DNA of 64,000 nt, from assembly GCA_041158405.1 (NCBI GenBank), contig JBEBBK010000001.1, forward strand, positions 5,240 to 69,239. The letters are read 5' to 3'. Numbering within the stretch: position 1 is the first letter of the stretch; each line of letters starts with the position of its first letter. The notes beneath the pieces were generated by a model, which was given only the letters and a program-made list of their open reading frames with translations, was not told the DNA's origin and ran no database searches. Positions 41,838-53,905 of this stretch are shown here, piece after piece. The position numbers and the translations under genes are program-made. The stretch comes from Pseudomonadota bacterium (lineage in GTDB: Bacteria > Pseudomonadota > Gammaproteobacteria > Burkholderiales > Burkholderiaceae).

Positions 41838-43121
41838 TTAATCGTCCGTATCCGCTACGTTGTCTAATAAACCCGTAGGCAGTGTTTTACTGGGCTTGAC
41901 GCCCAGCTCACGAACCTTCTCTGCGGTACGTATTAAATTACCCTTACCAGTTTTGAGTTTGTTAAATGCATCGTGGTAACTAGTTTGGGCTTGATCAATG
42001 CGTTGACCGAGTTTCTCCATATCATCAACGAAGCCAACAAATTTGTCATAGAGCGCGCCACATTGGCGGGCAATCTCCAGTGCATTTTTATTCTGGTGAT
42101 CTTGCCGCCACAAATGAGCAACGGTTCGCAGGGTAGCCATTAAGGTGCTGGGGCATACCAAAACAATGTTCATCGCTAGCGCTTCTTGATACAGATTGGG
42201 AGCCGATTTAAGAGCCAATAAGAATGCCGGCTCAATCGGAATAAACATCAAGACAAAATCAACCGAGCCTACCCCGTAAAGCGAACTGTAGTTCTTGCTG
42301 GAGAGCCCTTGTATATGTTGGCGTAGCGACTGAATGTGGGCATTGAGTTCGATCTGTGCTGCATCAGCATCAACCGATTCAGCATGGCGTGCATAGGCGG
42401 TAATCGATACCTTACTGTCAACGACCAGATGGCGGCCTTCGGGCAAGCGCACCACAATATCGGGCTGCAAGCGTGAGCCATCAACTAGAGTATGGCTATC
42501 TTGCACAAGGTACTCCTCGCCTTTGCGAAGGCCTGACGATTCCAGAATGGATTCCAGAACAAGTTCGCCCCAATTACCTTGAACTTTAGAGTCACCCTTT
42601 AATGCTTGAGTGAGTGAACGGGTCTCATCCGACATCTTGACGTTTAAAGCCGACAAACGCTCAATTTCACTTTTGAGGGCAAAGCGCTCGCGGGATTCAT
42701 TGGCGTAGGAGGTAGATACCTGCTCTTTAAATTCCGTTAACTTGATTTGTAAGGGCTTGAGTAAGGCATCAAGGCTTAGGGCATTTTGCTCGGTAAAGCG
42801 CCGTGTTTTATCGTCCAAGATATCGTTAGCTAGATTCTTGAACTGAATGGTTAGGGCTTCTTTCGCTTCATTCAGTGACTCAATGCGACCAAAGCCTTGC
42901 TTGCGTTCAGAATCCAGTTCCGCTTCAAGGCGAATTGCCTTTTGTACCGCTAAGTCGCGTTCAGCACGCAGACTCGCGACTAAAGCAGTTTGTTCGGCAA
43001 GTGCAAGCTCCGCACTGCTAAAGCGGCTACGCAACGTTAGAACATAGATCAGCAGCCCAGCGCAGACTGCAATGAGTAGACCAAGAAAAAGAAATGCGCT
43101 GAGATCAAATGACATTGACAT
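41838..43121 (-). CDS. rmuC: DNA recombination protein RmuC
   Basis: QGNWGE, QPDIVV, VDSKVS, FIPIEPAF. Confidence 0.94.
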   Translation of the reverse strand: MSMSFDLSAFLFLGLLIAVCAGLLIYVLTLRSRFSSAELALAEQTALVASLRAERDLAVQKAIRLEAELDSERKQGFGRIESLNEAKEALTIQFKNLANDILDDKTRRFTEQNALSLDALLKPLQIKLTEFKEQVSTSYANESRERFALKSEIERLSALNVKMSDETRSLTQALKGDSKVQGNWGELVLESILESSGLRKGEEYLVQDSHTLVDGSRLQPDIVVRLPEGRHLVVDSKVSITAYARHAESVDADAAQIELNAHIQSLRQHIQGLSSKNYSSLYGVGSVDFVLMFIPIEPAFLLALKSAPNLYQEALAMNIVLVCPSTLMATLRTVAHLWRQDHQNKNALEIARQCGALYDKFVGFVDDMEKLGQRIDQAQTSYHDAFNKLKTGKGNLIRTAEKVRELGVKPSKTLPTGLLDNVADTDD

Positions 43122-43134
43122 AGATTACGCTAGA

Positions 43135-43922
<788 letters not shown>

Positions 43923-43984
43923 TGTCAGTCAGTAGTCTCAGTTCAGAAGTGCGCCAAAGGAACACATACCAACAGAATACCATT

Positions 43985-44007
43985 TTGTAATGACATTGTC
44001 ATTACAA
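43985..44007. promoter_or_regulatory. operator palindrome TTGTAATGACA-T-TGTCATTACAA
   Basis: Perfect 11-bp arms 62 bp upstream of the antitoxin start. Confidence 0.75.
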
Positions 44008-44090
44008 TTTGACTCAAAATAACGGGTAATTCGAAAAAAGAGGCCCGCAGTTTTAACTAGCTTGCCAATCACGACAAGCCGCTAAACAAA

Positions 44091-44399
44091 TTAACCCTGA
44101 ATCAACTGCTTGAGTTCGCCGCTTTGAAACATTTCGGTCATGATGTCAGAGCCACCAACAAATTCACCGTGGATGTAGAGCTGGGGAATAGTAGGCCAGT
44201 TGGCGTATTGCTTGATGCCTTGGCGAATGCCTTCATCGTCAAAGACATTGACGGTATGCAGATTGTCGGCACCGCAAGCCCGCAGGATGTTAATTGCATT
44301 GCCTGAAAAGCCACACTGCGGAAACTGCGGAGTGCCTTTCATAAACAGCACGACGGGGTGGCTGGTGACGATTTCTTTGATTTGGGCTTGGGTATCCAT
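44091..44399 (-). CDS. grxD: monothiol glutaredoxin Grx4
   Basis: FMKGTPQFPQCGFS, WPTIPQL, GGSD. Confidence 0.96.
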   Translation of the reverse strand: MDTQAQIKEIVTSHPVVLFMKGTPQFPQCGFSGNAINILRACGADNLHTVNVFDDEGIRQGIKQYANWPTIPQLYIHGEFVGGSDIMTEMFQSGELKQLIQG

Positions 44400-44472
44400 T
44401 GCGTGACTCCATATGTACAAAATTAATTAACCAATTTTAAGACCGAATCAAAAATAGGGTTATCGATTTGCC

Positions 44473-45354
44473 CTAAATGGGTTTGCGGCCAGCAGCGACC
44501 CGCCAATGACCGGCCAAATCCCGATGTGGCGTAATCTCCTGAAAACCAGCCAGCGCCAGCTGTTCTAGAACGGCAGGGGATTGATCAAAACCATGCTCTA
44601 CCGCTAAGAGGCCGCCCGGCTTCAAATGGGCTAGGGCGCCATTAATAATGGCGGTGAGGCAAGTCAGTCCCGAGCCAAAATCGGTTAAAGCACTCGGTGG
44701 CTCAAAACGCAGATCGCCCTTAGACAAGTGCGGATCATCAGCCTGAATGTAAGGCGGGTTACTGAGAATGAGATCAAACTGACGGGAGGGGGAGCTAAGG
44801 CTTTGGAGTGCCGCATACCAATGACCAAGGCAAAACGAAACCCGATCGCTCAGCTTAAGGTGGGCTGCATTCTGCTCTGCAATATCCAGTGCAGCCTGCG
44901 ATACATCTGTCGCCACCACGCTCACTTTGGGTTGGCTGGATGCAATCGCTAGGGCAATTGCGCCAGAGCCCGTACCCAAATCAAGCATAGTAAGCGAACA
45001 CTCACTCTCATTTAGAGCATATTTCTTATTGAGAACGTGCTGTAATTCAGCAAGGCCAAGATCGACCAAGAGCTCGGTTTCTGGACGGGGGATCAGTACC
45101 TCTGTTCCGACCATCAGCTCGATCGCATGAAAGCCACGTTTTCCAATCAGGTAGGCAATCGGCTCACCATCTAGGCGGCGCTGCTCGAGCAGTTGCCACT
45201 CTTGCAAAAAGGCAGCGCTGAGTTGTATGCCATCGTGCGTCAGTAAAGCCGACTTGGGTAATTGCAGGTGGATTTCAAGCAAATGGGACAAGACCACGCG
45301 CGCCTCATTTTTGGGAAGTTGGGTTTCGTTCAGCAAGGAACGCAGGGTCGTCAT
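44473..45354 (-). CDS. prmC: release factor glutamine methyltransferase
   Basis: LIPRPETE, DLGTGSG, SNPPY. Confidence 0.96.
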   Translation of the reverse strand: MTTLRSLLNETQLPKNEARVVLSHLLEIHLQLPKSALLTHDGIQLSAAFLQEWQLLEQRRLDGEPIAYLIGKRGFHAIELMVGTEVLIPRPETELLVDLGLAELQHVLNKKYALNESECSLTMLDLGTGSGAIALAIASSQPKVSVVATDVSQAALDIAEQNAAHLKLSDRVSFCLGHWYAALQSLSSPSRQFDLILSNPPYIQADDPHLSKGDLRFEPPSALTDFGSGLTCLTAIINGALAHLKPGGLLAVEHGFDQSPAVLEQLALAGFQEITPHRDLAGHWRVAAGRKPI

Positions 45355-45389
45355 CGGTTCAGATGAATGCTAAAAATGATTGAAGCAGC

Positions 45390-46469
45390 TTAGTTATCAC
45401 CAAGGGCTGCAAGTAACTCGGCTTGATGCTCGCTGGCCAGGGCATTACATAAATCATTAATATCACCATCCATCATGGCATCAATCTTGTAGAGCGTCAG
45501 ATTAATGCGGTGATCGGTAATTCGGCCTTGGGGAAAGTTATACGTCCGAATGCGGTCACTCCGATCGCCGGAGCCTATCAGGGATTTGCGCGTTTGCGCC
45601 TCGTGTTGATGCTGTTCGCGTTGGCGACCGTCCATGATGCGGGACACCAACACTTTCATGGCCTGTTCTTTGTTGCGATGTTGGCTGCGGTCGTCTTGGC
45701 ATTCCACCACGATTCCGGTGGGCAGGTGCGTAATGCGCACCGCAGAGTCGGTTTTATTGATGTGCTGACCGCCGGCGCCTGAGGCTCTGAAGGTATCGAT
45801 GCGCAACTCAGCCGGATTAATTTTGACGGCCTCGATTTCATCGGCCTCTGGCATGACAGCCACCGTGCACGCCGACGTATGAATGCGCCCCTGGGTTTCA
45901 GTTTGGGGAACGCGCTGCACTCGATGCCCGCCAGACTCAAACTTCAGGCGCGAGTACACCGATTGGCCAACAAGGCGCAAAACCACTTCTTTGTAGCCCC
46001 CAAGATCGGACTCAGCCGCATTCACAACCTCGATTTTCCAGCCTTGGCGCTCTGCAAAGCGGGTATACATTCGTAATAAATCAGCTGCAAATAGGGCACT
46101 CTCATCGCCGCCAGTACCCGCCCGAATTTCCAGGAAGACATTGCGATCATCGTTTTCATCTTTGGGAAGTAAAGCCTTTTGCAGACTAGCCTCGAGCTCA
46201 ATCATCTTCGCCGCCGCCGCCTTTTGCTCTTCGTCAGCAAACACCTTCATCTCGGGATCTGCGCGCATGCCTTCGGCCGCAGCCAAGTCGGCTTCTGCTT
46301 GACGATACAAACCAAATTGCTCAACAACCGTTGCAATGTCAGAGTGCTCGCGCGTTAACTTGCGATAGACGTCCATGTCCTTGGTGGACTCTTCCAGTGT
46401 TAACAGGGAATTTAATTCAGCCAAGCGAGTATCGAGATGCTCCAGCTTGGTACGCATGCTGGGTTTCAT
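45390..46469 (-). CDS. prfA: peptide chain release factor 1
   Basis: PQT (PxT) motif and GAGGQ. Confidence 0.97.
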   Translation of the reverse strand: MKPSMRTKLEHLDTRLAELNSLLTLEESTKDMDVYRKLTREHSDIATVVEQFGLYRQAEADLAAAEGMRADPEMKVFADEEQKAAAAKMIELEASLQKALLPKDENDDRNVFLEIRAGTGGDESALFAADLLRMYTRFAERQGWKIEVVNAAESDLGGYKEVVLRLVGQSVYSRLKFESGGHRVQRVPQTETQGRIHTSACTVAVMPEADEIEAVKINPAELRIDTFRASGAGGQHINKTDSAVRITHLPTGIVVECQDDRSQHRNKEQAMKVLVSRIMDGRQREQHQHEAQTRKSLIGSGDRSDRIRTYNFPQGRITDHRINLTLYKIDAMMDGDINDLCNALASEHQAELLAALGDN

Positions 46470-47852
46470 CTAAAGATCGTTCTTGTTGGATGTGTCGTTG
46501 GTGTGTTTACTAGAGTCTGGCTCGGCATGATGATAGGTGTGCGAGTAGGCGCTCGAGTGGGTAGAAAATAATTTGGGTAATAGTTTAATCAAGGAATCGC
46601 GTTCAGCACCATTGGAGTGCTGCAGGGTATGGAGTGACCCATGCAAAAACTTATTGGTTAAGCCTTGTGCCATGGCATTGAGCACCTCTTGGGGGTCGTC
46701 ACCGCGCATCAGGCGTTTCATGGCACGCTCAAGTTCAATTTGACGCAGGCGCTCGCCGTGTTGTTGTAGATCCTGAATCAAAGGCACGGTATTACGGCCA
46801 TTGAGCCAATGCATAAAGTTACCAACACGGTCTTCAATAATCGCCTCTGCTTGGCTGACGGCGGCATGCCGCATGGATGTGCCCGTTTGGATCATCACAC
46901 CCAGGTCGTCAACGGTATACAGATAAATGTCATTTAAACGGGCAATTTCCGGCTCACAGTCGCGTGGTACGGCTAAGTCAATTATCACCATAGGCTTGCG
47001 GCGCCGTTGCTTGAGTGCACTCTCAACCATGCCAAGACCAATGATCGGCAAGGAACTCGCGGTACACGACACAATGATGTCAAATTCATGCAGGCGGCTA
47101 GGCAGGTCGGACAGCTTGAATGATTCGGCCTCGACATTTTGGGATGCAATTGCATCGGCTAACTCTTGGCCGCGCTCAATCGTGCGATTGGCAATCGCGA
47201 CTTGCTTAGGCCGGCGCGCCACAAAGTGGGTGGCGCACAAGGAGATCATGTCGCCTGCGCCAATAAAGAGAACGCGCTGCTCGGCAATTGTTTGAAAGAT
47301 GCGCTCAGAGAGCCTTACTGCCGCCGCCGCCATGGAAATCGAGTGGGCACCAATCTCGGTTGAGCCCCGCACTTCTTTCGCTACAGCAAAGGTTTTTTGG
47401 AACAGTTGATTTAAATACGTACCAAGTGCCCCTGCTTGATTAGCGGTGCGAACCGCATCTTTCATTTGCCCGAGGATTTGGGTTTCACCAAGGACCATGG
47501 AATCAAGACCGCAAGCTACCCGAAAAGCATGGCGTACCGCATCCGACTGGGGCAGTGAATAAATGTGGGGTTCTAAACTACTGGGCGCTAGCTGTTGACT
47601 TTTTGCTAGCCAATCAAAAGTAGCGCTATGCAAGAGGGTGGCGGAATCGGCATCGTTCGCCGCGCAATACAATTCGGTGCGGTTGCACGTCGACAAAATG
47701 GTTGCTTCAGGCAGGCCCGACTGACTGACGCCACTGAGGTGCTGGCGCAAGTCATGCAACGCTTCTTGGAGGTATTCGGGATCAAAGGCGACTTTTTCCC
47801 GAACGTCCACTGGCGCTGTGTGATGATTGATGCCGAGGGTCAACAGCTTCAT
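46470..47852 (-). CDS. hemA: glutamyl-tRNA reductase
   Basis: [27 protein letters not shown]. Confidence 0.96.
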   Translation of the reverse strand: MKLLTLGINHHTAPVDVREKVAFDPEYLQEALHDLRQHLSGVSQSGLPEATILSTCNRTELYCAANDADSATLLHSATFDWLAKSQQLAPSSLEPHIYSLPQSDAVRHAFRVACGLDSMVLGETQILGQMKDAVRTANQAGALGTYLNQLFQKTFAVAKEVRGSTEIGAHSISMAAAAVRLSERIFQTIAEQRVLFIGAGDMISLCATHFVARRPKQVAIANRTIERGQELADAIASQNVEAESFKLSDLPSRLHEFDIIVSCTASSLPIIGLGMVESALKQRRRKPMVIIDLAVPRDCEPEIARLNDIYLYTVDDLGVMIQTGTSMRHAAVSQAEAIIEDRVGNFMHWLNGRNTVPLIQDLQQHGERLRQIELERAMKRLMRGDDPQEVLNAMAQGLTNKFLHGSLHTLQHSNGAERDSLIKLLPKLFSTHSSAYSHTYHHAEPDSSKHTNDTSNKNDL

Positions 47853-47895
47853 AGGCCCTAATTATAGGTTTGATGACGCTTTAATGGGGATGCGT

Positions 47896-48153
47896 ATGGG
47901 GTTTTTGGCTTTTCTACTGATTGGGTCGGCTGTCGGGTGGTCGGCTTACTACTTTTACCCTGGCCGCCCGCGCAAAAAAACAGGGCTATTGGGGCTCTGC
48001 GGCCTTTTCTTAGCGGGTTCTCTGGGGGCTACTGCTGGATCATTCGGTGGGCAAGCCTTAGGACTATTTCAGTCGGGGCAAATTGCAGAATGGCTCACCG
48101 CAATCGGGTCAGCTTGGTTCGCCGGTTTGTTGCTAACGGTTATCCGTAAATAA
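47896..48153 (+). CDS. small 3-TM membrane protein (GlsB/YeaQ/YmgE-like); start uncertain
   Basis: Gly-rich hydrophobic helices (LLIGSAVGW..., GSLGATAGSFGGQALGLF). Confidence 0.6.
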   Translation: MGFLAFLLIGSAVGWSAYYFYPGRPRKKTGLLGLCGLFLAGSLGATAGSFGGQALGLFQSGQIAEWLTAIGSAWFAGLLLTVIRK

Positions 48154-48936
48154 GCCGCATTGCCTCGTTTGCTGCTCGGGGCCAATCCAACAAATCGGGT
48201 TCTTGCCGTGGGCACTCAACCAGTCATTGGTTTTAGTGAAATGACCGCAACTCGCATTAGGCTGCTCGCCCGCACGCTGCTGAATTAAAAAAGGCTGCGC
48301 TGTTTTATAAACCCCCAAGCCCGAAGGGTGTGAGGCTTGCAATATCAGATGGGTAGACCCCTCTAAACCAAGTGCCCCATGCTCAATCAAGGGTATTTTC
48401 GATTGGGCATGCGCCCCCCAAAGCAGCCAAACTAAATTGGGCTTGGCGATCGACAATTGTTGAATCAGTACATTGATGCAGTGCTGCCAACCCAGGTGAA
48501 AGTGGCTGCCGGCTTCGCCTTGTTTGACACTCAGTGCCGTGTTTAGAAGCAAGACACCTTGTTTGGCCCAATCACGTAAATCGCCGTGTGCCAAGAAACC
48601 AAAACCTTCGAGTTCTAACGCTTTGCCGATATTACGCAGTGAGCTCGGAAAGCTGCGTGAGCCAGGAATAACGGAAGCCGGTATTGAAAAGGCGAGGCCC
48701 TGCGCGAGGCCTGGCGAGTGGTAGGGGTCTTGCCCAAGAATAACCACTGATACCGCTTCTACTGGAGTGAGTTCTAAAGCCCGAAAGAATAGCGGGGGTG
48801 GAGGGCAAATCACATTCCCATCCTCTTCAATTGCCTTATGTAAGTTAGCGCGCAGCTGCTGCCAATCCTTTGATGTGAGGTAATCCCCAAGAAGTAATTT
48901 CCAGTCGCCTGGTATCAACGCCTCTACATTGAGCAT
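48133..48936 (-). CDS. ung: uracil-DNA glycosylase (family 1)
   Basis: GQDPYH, GLAFS, GVLLLN, HPS. Confidence 0.93.
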   Translation of the reverse strand: MLNVEALIPGDWKLLLGDYLTSKDWQQLRANLHKAIEEDGNVICPPPPLFFRALELTPVEAVSVVILGQDPYHSPGLAQGLAFSIPASVIPGSRSFPSSLRNIGKALELEGFGFLAHGDLRDWAKQGVLLLNTALSVKQGEAGSHFHLGWQHCINVLIQQLSIAKPNLVWLLWGAHAQSKIPLIEHGALGLEGSTHLILQASHPSGLGVYKTAQPFLIQQRAGEQPNASCGHFTKTNDWLSAHGKNPICWIGPEQQTRQCGLFTDNR

Positions 48937-48963
48937 TGCCGCACCATTTTTAGAAGAGTGAAC

Positions 48964-50721
48964 TTACTCTGCGGTAAGTTGGTACTGCACAACCGGGCTG
49001 GAGGGCTCGAGTACAAATTGGCTCTCATGCTCGCAATCTTGGCGATAAAAACGCAAGTGTGCATTTGTTCCCATTTGCAATTGCGCAAACACCGCATCCA
49101 TACGACTGGGCGTAACGCGTTGACCATTGATGCTAGCGATTAAATCACATGGAGCTAAACCGGCGCGCTGAGCAATTCCACCATCCAGCACATGCGTAAC
49201 TTTGACCCAACCACTTTGGTCGCTGTAGCGCATAGCCCATTGCAATTTCATATGCTCGAGCAGGCTCATTTTTTTGTCGGCAACCACAATACTCTGGACC
49301 GCAAGCCACTGAGTCAGCGGTAGATCATGCGTGCCCTCGATATAGCGCGCTTTAAATTGCAGCCATTGGTTTTTAAAGTCAGGGCCAATCGCAGCCAGCA
49401 CAATCCGCTCAAAACCATCTTCTGCCAGACCCTCTTGTGTTTTGCCATGGGCGGCCCAAAGCAATTGCATGACGTTATCCAAGGATTTACGTTGGCGCGT
49501 TTGCGCCCGAATGAGCAGATCGAGGCCAAGCGCAATTAAAGCCCCTTTGGCGTAATAACTCACTACGGCATTGGGAGTATGCTCATCGGCCTGGTAATAC
49601 TTAGTCCAGGCATCAAAGGAGCTATCCGCGACGCTTTGCTTATGACGACCAGGCCCACGCAAAACCATATTCCAATTCTTCGCGACTAAATCGAGGTAGG
49701 ACTGTAAGGTAATGCGCTTACTGCGCAGTAACTGCAAGTCATCGTAGTAGCTGGTAAAGCCCTCAAACAGCCAAAGTAATCGTGTGTGATTGCGGCGGTG
49801 TAAATCGTAGGGCTGGAATGCCTTAGGCTGAATGCGCTTCACTAGCCATGCATGAATGTACTCGTGGCTGCATAGGCCTAAAAATTCACGGTAGTGGTCG
49901 TCATTGAGTGGGCAGCCCGCTTGCGGTAAGTGATCGCGATTGCAGAGCAAGGCCGTGCTATCCGAGTGCTCCAAACCGCCGTAGCCGGATAAAACCGCAT
50001 TGACTAAAAATAAATAACGCTGAAATGGCGCCCGTTTTGTTTTGGGCTCAAACAAATCAATGATCGAGTCGCAAATGGCACTGAGGTCGGTGATGAGGCG
50101 CTTGCGATCGACTTCTTGCAAGCAGCCCTGAATCACCATGCTGTGGTGAGCACCACGTGATTTCCAATCAATCGTCTGAAAATGCCCTAGTGCAACGGGA
50201 TGATCTAATAAGGCGTCATAGTTGGGTGCGAGGTAAAAACCAAATCCCGCAGCATCGGTCTTGGCGCGACTTAAGGTGGTTTGTACCGACCAGGTACCAA
50301 TCGGCGCAATCGCGAGCGCAGTGGGTAAATGGGTTTGGCCTTCCACGGCTAAGCACAGGCTACTGGGGTTAAAGAAGCCGCGCTCTGAATCCAGATACGC
50401 CGTACGAACTGAGGTATCAAAGGCATACACCGTAGTGCGAACCTCAATAATGGTATCCGCAGCTACAGAAGGTAATTTCCAGGTGTCGTTATCGATGCGC
50501 TCTAATGGAAGTTCAGTTTCAACTGCGCCGAAGACAGAAAAAGCCGCGATGCTTTCGATATGCTTACTAAAGTCCCGAATTAAATAACTGCCCGGAATCC
50601 AGGCTGGCATGCGCAGTACTTGACCTGCCGGATTCGGATTGGCAATGCGCAAAGTGACATCGTAGCGATGGCCGTCTAAGTCGGCGGCATGGACGGTGTA
50701 TTGGATTGCTGGAATAGCCAT
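48964..50721 (-). CDS. M61 family metallopeptidase with PDZ domain
   Basis: PAWIPGSY, GGLEH, HEYIH (HExxH), EGFTSY. Confidence 0.93.
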   Translation of the reverse strand: MAIPAIQYTVHAADLDGHRYDVTLRIANPNPAGQVLRMPAWIPGSYLIRDFSKHIESIAAFSVFGAVETELPLERIDNDTWKLPSVAADTIIEVRTTVYAFDTSVRTAYLDSERGFFNPSSLCLAVEGQTHLPTALAIAPIGTWSVQTTLSRAKTDAAGFGFYLAPNYDALLDHPVALGHFQTIDWKSRGAHHSMVIQGCLQEVDRKRLITDLSAICDSIIDLFEPKTKRAPFQRYLFLVNAVLSGYGGLEHSDSTALLCNRDHLPQAGCPLNDDHYREFLGLCSHEYIHAWLVKRIQPKAFQPYDLHRRNHTRLLWLFEGFTSYYDDLQLLRSKRITLQSYLDLVAKNWNMVLRGPGRHKQSVADSSFDAWTKYYQADEHTPNAVVSYYAKGALIALGLDLLIRAQTRQRKSLDNVMQLLWAAHGKTQEGLAEDGFERIVLAAIGPDFKNQWLQFKARYIEGTHDLPLTQWLAVQSIVVADKKMSLLEHMKLQWAMRYSDQSGWVKVTHVLDGGIAQRAGLAPCDLIASINGQRVTPSRMDAVFAQLQMGTNAHLRFYRQDCEHESQFVLEPSSPVVQYQLTAE

Positions 50722-50743
50722 GGAAAAAGTCAGTTGAGTTGGT

Positions 50744-51481
50744 TTATTTCAGTGAAGCAAATTTCTTTTCAATGTCACTTAATTGCACTGCGCCTGGGAA
50801 GCGTGCGCCATCGGTAAAGAAAATGGTGGGGGTACCCGTGATGCCATACGATTTGGCAAGGGCTAGATTTTTATCGATCGGTGTAGTGCAGTCGCCTTTA
50901 CCGCTTGGTGTGGTGTTATTGATGGTCCAGTCTGTCCATGCTTTGGTAGCATCAGAAGAACACCAAATTTGTTTGGACTTTTGTACCGAGTCTGCAGACA
51001 GAATCGGCAATAAAAAGGTGTAAACCGTCACGTTATCCAGTTGCTGAAACGTTTTTTCCAGGCGCTTACAGTAACCGCAGTTGGGGTCAGCAAAAACGGC
51101 GAGTTGACGACTACCGTTGCCACGTACCATTTTGACTGCATTATTCAGAGGCAGATCAGACCAACGTATGCGATTCAGATCCGCTTGGCGTTTCTCGGTC
51201 AGGTTTTGACCGCTGGCCAACTCAATCACTTCACCTTGTATTAAATACTTTGCGTTGGCATCGGTGTAAAAGATTTCACTGTTGAGCTGAACTTCAAATA
51301 AGCCTGGTACCGGTGAGGCTGATACCCCCTTGATATTGGCAGTACTGCCCAAGCGTTTTTGCAACTCCGCTTTAATCTGTTGGGTATTTTGAGCCTGCAC
51401 AAGCGAAGTGGCGCCCAATAAGCCAAATGCACCGACGCAGAACACAAGGGCTATGCTGCTTTTTCGTAGGGCGTTGTTCAT
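50744..51481 (-). CDS. dsbC: thiol:disulfide isomerase DsbC
   Basis: Signal peptide, DPNCGYC, GITGTP. Confidence 0.93.
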   Translation of the reverse strand: MNNALRKSSIALVFCVGAFGLLGATSLVQAQNTQQIKAELQKRLGSTANIKGVSASPVPGLFEVQLNSEIFYTDANAKYLIQGEVIELASGQNLTEKRQADLNRIRWSDLPLNNAVKMVRGNGSRQLAVFADPNCGYCKRLEKTFQQLDNVTVYTFLLPILSADSVQKSKQIWCSSDATKAWTDWTINNTTPSGKGDCTTPIDKNLALAKSYGITGTPTIFFTDGARFPGAVQLSDIEKKFASLK

Positions 51482-52764
51482 TTCACTTCTCCTAGTGCTT
51501 CTTTTATTAAATGCCGTTTAATTAGATGACTGCGGTTAACTAGACCCATGCCCCAATTGCGAATTTTTTGCTGCAGGGGATTAGTGCTCGTAAACAGTTT
51601 TTTTAGTCTGTCGGTTACCCACAGTATGGCACTGGTATCGCCGTGGCGTTCGCGTTCATAACGGCGCAGCAAGACCGGATCAGCAATTGCTCGAAACGAT
51701 TCACGTTCGCGCAGGATCCGCAGTAAAGCGGCCACATCGCGTAAGCCCAAATTTAATCCTTGTCCGGCTAAGGGGTGTATAACGTGCGCAGCATCCCCAA
51801 TCAAAATCACTTTAGGCATGAGCTCCGGCCCGATCACGCGCTGCGCACGGATTTTGCGTAACGGAAACGACCCTGGTTTCGAGTGTGGGGTGAGTGTTCC
51901 AAGGGCATGCACGATTGCACCATCGTGCAGCATTGAAAACTCAGACTGCCATTGGCTGGCATCGAGTGTAATGAGGCGGGCGGCATTTTCGGGGGAGGTT
52001 GACCACACCATGGAGACCTGCTTGCCAGGGAGGGGCAGCATCGCAAGAATGTCACCGCCTGGTAAAAACCACTGAAATGCCGTTTCTAAATGGGCGTTCG
52101 TGCATAAAAAATTGGCGACCACCGCCTGTTGCTCATAGGATTTCTCATCGGTCTGGATTTCGAGCATGGTGCGTAAGGATGAATTCGCGCCATCGGCTGC
52201 AATGACCAAATTGGCTTTTATCTCGACTGGCAATTGTGCGGTATGTAATTTGAGTAAGGCGCCATCGGGTTCGATAAACAGATTGTCGAGTGACCCAATA
52301 ACGCACTCCAATTTCGACTGAAAACGGCAGGCTTGTTCGAGGGTGTGTTCCAGTAAATCGGACTCCCCGATCCAGGCAAGCTGGGGAACGCCTGCCTCAA
52401 ATGCAGACAGATGTAGTCCATCGCTTGGTTCGCCACGGTCGCCGTAGATGCGCATATCGCGTACTACTTGCAGGCGCGCATGATCAATGGCATCCCACAC
52501 TTGCAGGGATTGCAGTAGGGAGCGGGTGCCAGGAGAAATGGCGTAAATACGTTCTGCCCAGCGATCCCCGCTGGGCTTGGCGGTGTGCTGGTCTAAATCC
52601 GGTGCGATTTGGATAACATCAAAACCCTGTTGCGCTAGGCCCAGAGCGCAGGCTTTGCCCACAATTCCGCCCCCAATCACGGCCACGTCGTACTGGCGCA
52701 GTTTGCCGGCAGCATGCGCGGATGCGGCTGGAGTAGTCATCGATTTGGATGGATTGAATGCCAT
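51478..52764 (-). CDS. UbiH/UbiI-family FAD-dependent hydroxylase
   Basis: GGGIVG, AADGANS, GDAAHVIHPLAGQGLNLG. Confidence 0.9.
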   Translation of the reverse strand: MAFNPSKSMTTPAASAHAAGKLRQYDVAVIGGGIVGKACALGLAQQGFDVIQIAPDLDQHTAKPSGDRWAERIYAISPGTRSLLQSLQVWDAIDHARLQVVRDMRIYGDRGEPSDGLHLSAFEAGVPQLAWIGESDLLEHTLEQACRFQSKLECVIGSLDNLFIEPDGALLKLHTAQLPVEIKANLVIAADGANSSLRTMLEIQTDEKSYEQQAVVANFLCTNAHLETAFQWFLPGGDILAMLPLPGKQVSMVWSTSPENAARLITLDASQWQSEFSMLHDGAIVHALGTLTPHSKPGSFPLRKIRAQRVIGPELMPKVILIGDAAHVIHPLAGQGLNLGLRDVAALLRILRERESFRAIADPVLLRRYERERHGDTSAILWVTDRLKKLFTSTNPLQQKIRNWGMGLVNRSHLIKRHLIKEALGEVK

Positions 52765-52804
52765 AACTGGATGATATCGAAACAAGCCGAATTACAATGG
52801 AGAC

Positions 52805-53899
52805 ATGTCTTTAAAATGCGGCATCGTCGGCCTGCCTAACGTCGGCAAATCTACCCTCTTTAATGCGCTTACCAAAGCCGGTATCGCGGCGGAAAACTAC
52901 CCGTTCTGCACGATCGAGCCCAATGTAGGCATAGTCGAGGTTCCTGACCCCCGTTTGGCTGCTTTGGCCGCCATTGTGAGCCCAGAGCGTATCGTGCCGG
53001 CGGCCGTTGAGTTTGTTGATATTGCGGGCTTGGTTGCTGGCGCATCGAAGGGCGAGGGCCTTGGTAATCAGTTTTTAGCCAACATTCGGGAAACCGATGC
53101 GATTACCCATGTGGTGCGCTGCTTTGATGACCCAAATGTGATTCACGTTGCCGGCAAGATCGATCCCATCTCCGACATTGGCGTCATCGATACGGAATTG
53201 GCCCTTTCTGATCTAACTACCGTTGAAAAAACCCTGAATCGCTCCAGCAAGGCGGCCAAGTCAGGCAATGATAAGGAAGCTGCTGCCTTGGTAGCCGTCC
53301 TAAGCAGGGTTCAAGCACATTTAAATGAAGCTCAGCCAGTGCGCAGCATGAGTCTGAGTGACGATGAGAAGCTGCTGCTAAAGCCCCTCTGCTTAATTAC
53401 TGCTAAGCCTGCTATGTATGTCGCCAACGTGAAAGACGATGGCTTTGAAAACAACCCCCATTTGGATGCCGTAATTGCCCATGCAGCAAAAGAGGGCGCT
53501 CCAGTCGTGGCGGTCTGCGCTGCAATTGAGGCTGAAATTGCCGATCTAGACGACGCAGACAAGACTGAATTCTTGGCCGATATGGGCATGCAAGAGCCCG
53601 GCTTAGATCGGGTTATTCGAGCGGGCTATGCGTTACTGGGTTTGCAGACGTATTTCACGGCGGGCGTAAAAGAGGTTCGTGCGTGGACGATTCACATTGG
53701 GGACACCGCACCCAATGCAGCAGGCGTAATCCATACTGATTTTGAGCGCGGCTTTATTCGAGCGCAAACCATTGCATTTGATGACTTTATTCAATACAAA
53801 GGGGAATCGGGGGCGAAAGAGGCGGGCAAAATGCGCGCGGAAGGAAAAGAGTACATCGTCAAAGACGGCGACGTACTGAATTTCTTATTTAACGTCTAA
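52805..53899 (+). CDS. ychF: ribosome-binding ATPase YchF
   Basis: [28 protein letters not shown]. Confidence 0.97.
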   Translation: MSLKCGIVGLPNVGKSTLFNALTKAGIAAENYPFCTIEPNVGIVEVPDPRLAALAAIVSPERIVPAAVEFVDIAGLVAGASKGEGLGNQFLANIRETDAITHVVRCFDDPNVIHVAGKIDPISDIGVIDTELALSDLTTVEKTLNRSSKAAKSGNDKEAAALVAVLSRVQAHLNEAQPVRSMSLSDDEKLLLKPLCLITAKPAMYVANVKDDGFENNPHLDAVIAHAAKEGAPVVAVCAAIEAEIADLDDADKTEFLADMGMQEPGLDRVIRAGYALLGLQTYFTAGVKEVRAWTIHIGDTAPNAAGVIHTDFERGFIRAQTIAFDDFIQYKGESGAKEAGKMRAEGKEYIVKDGDVLNFLFNV

Positions 53900-53905
53900 G
53901 CCAAT

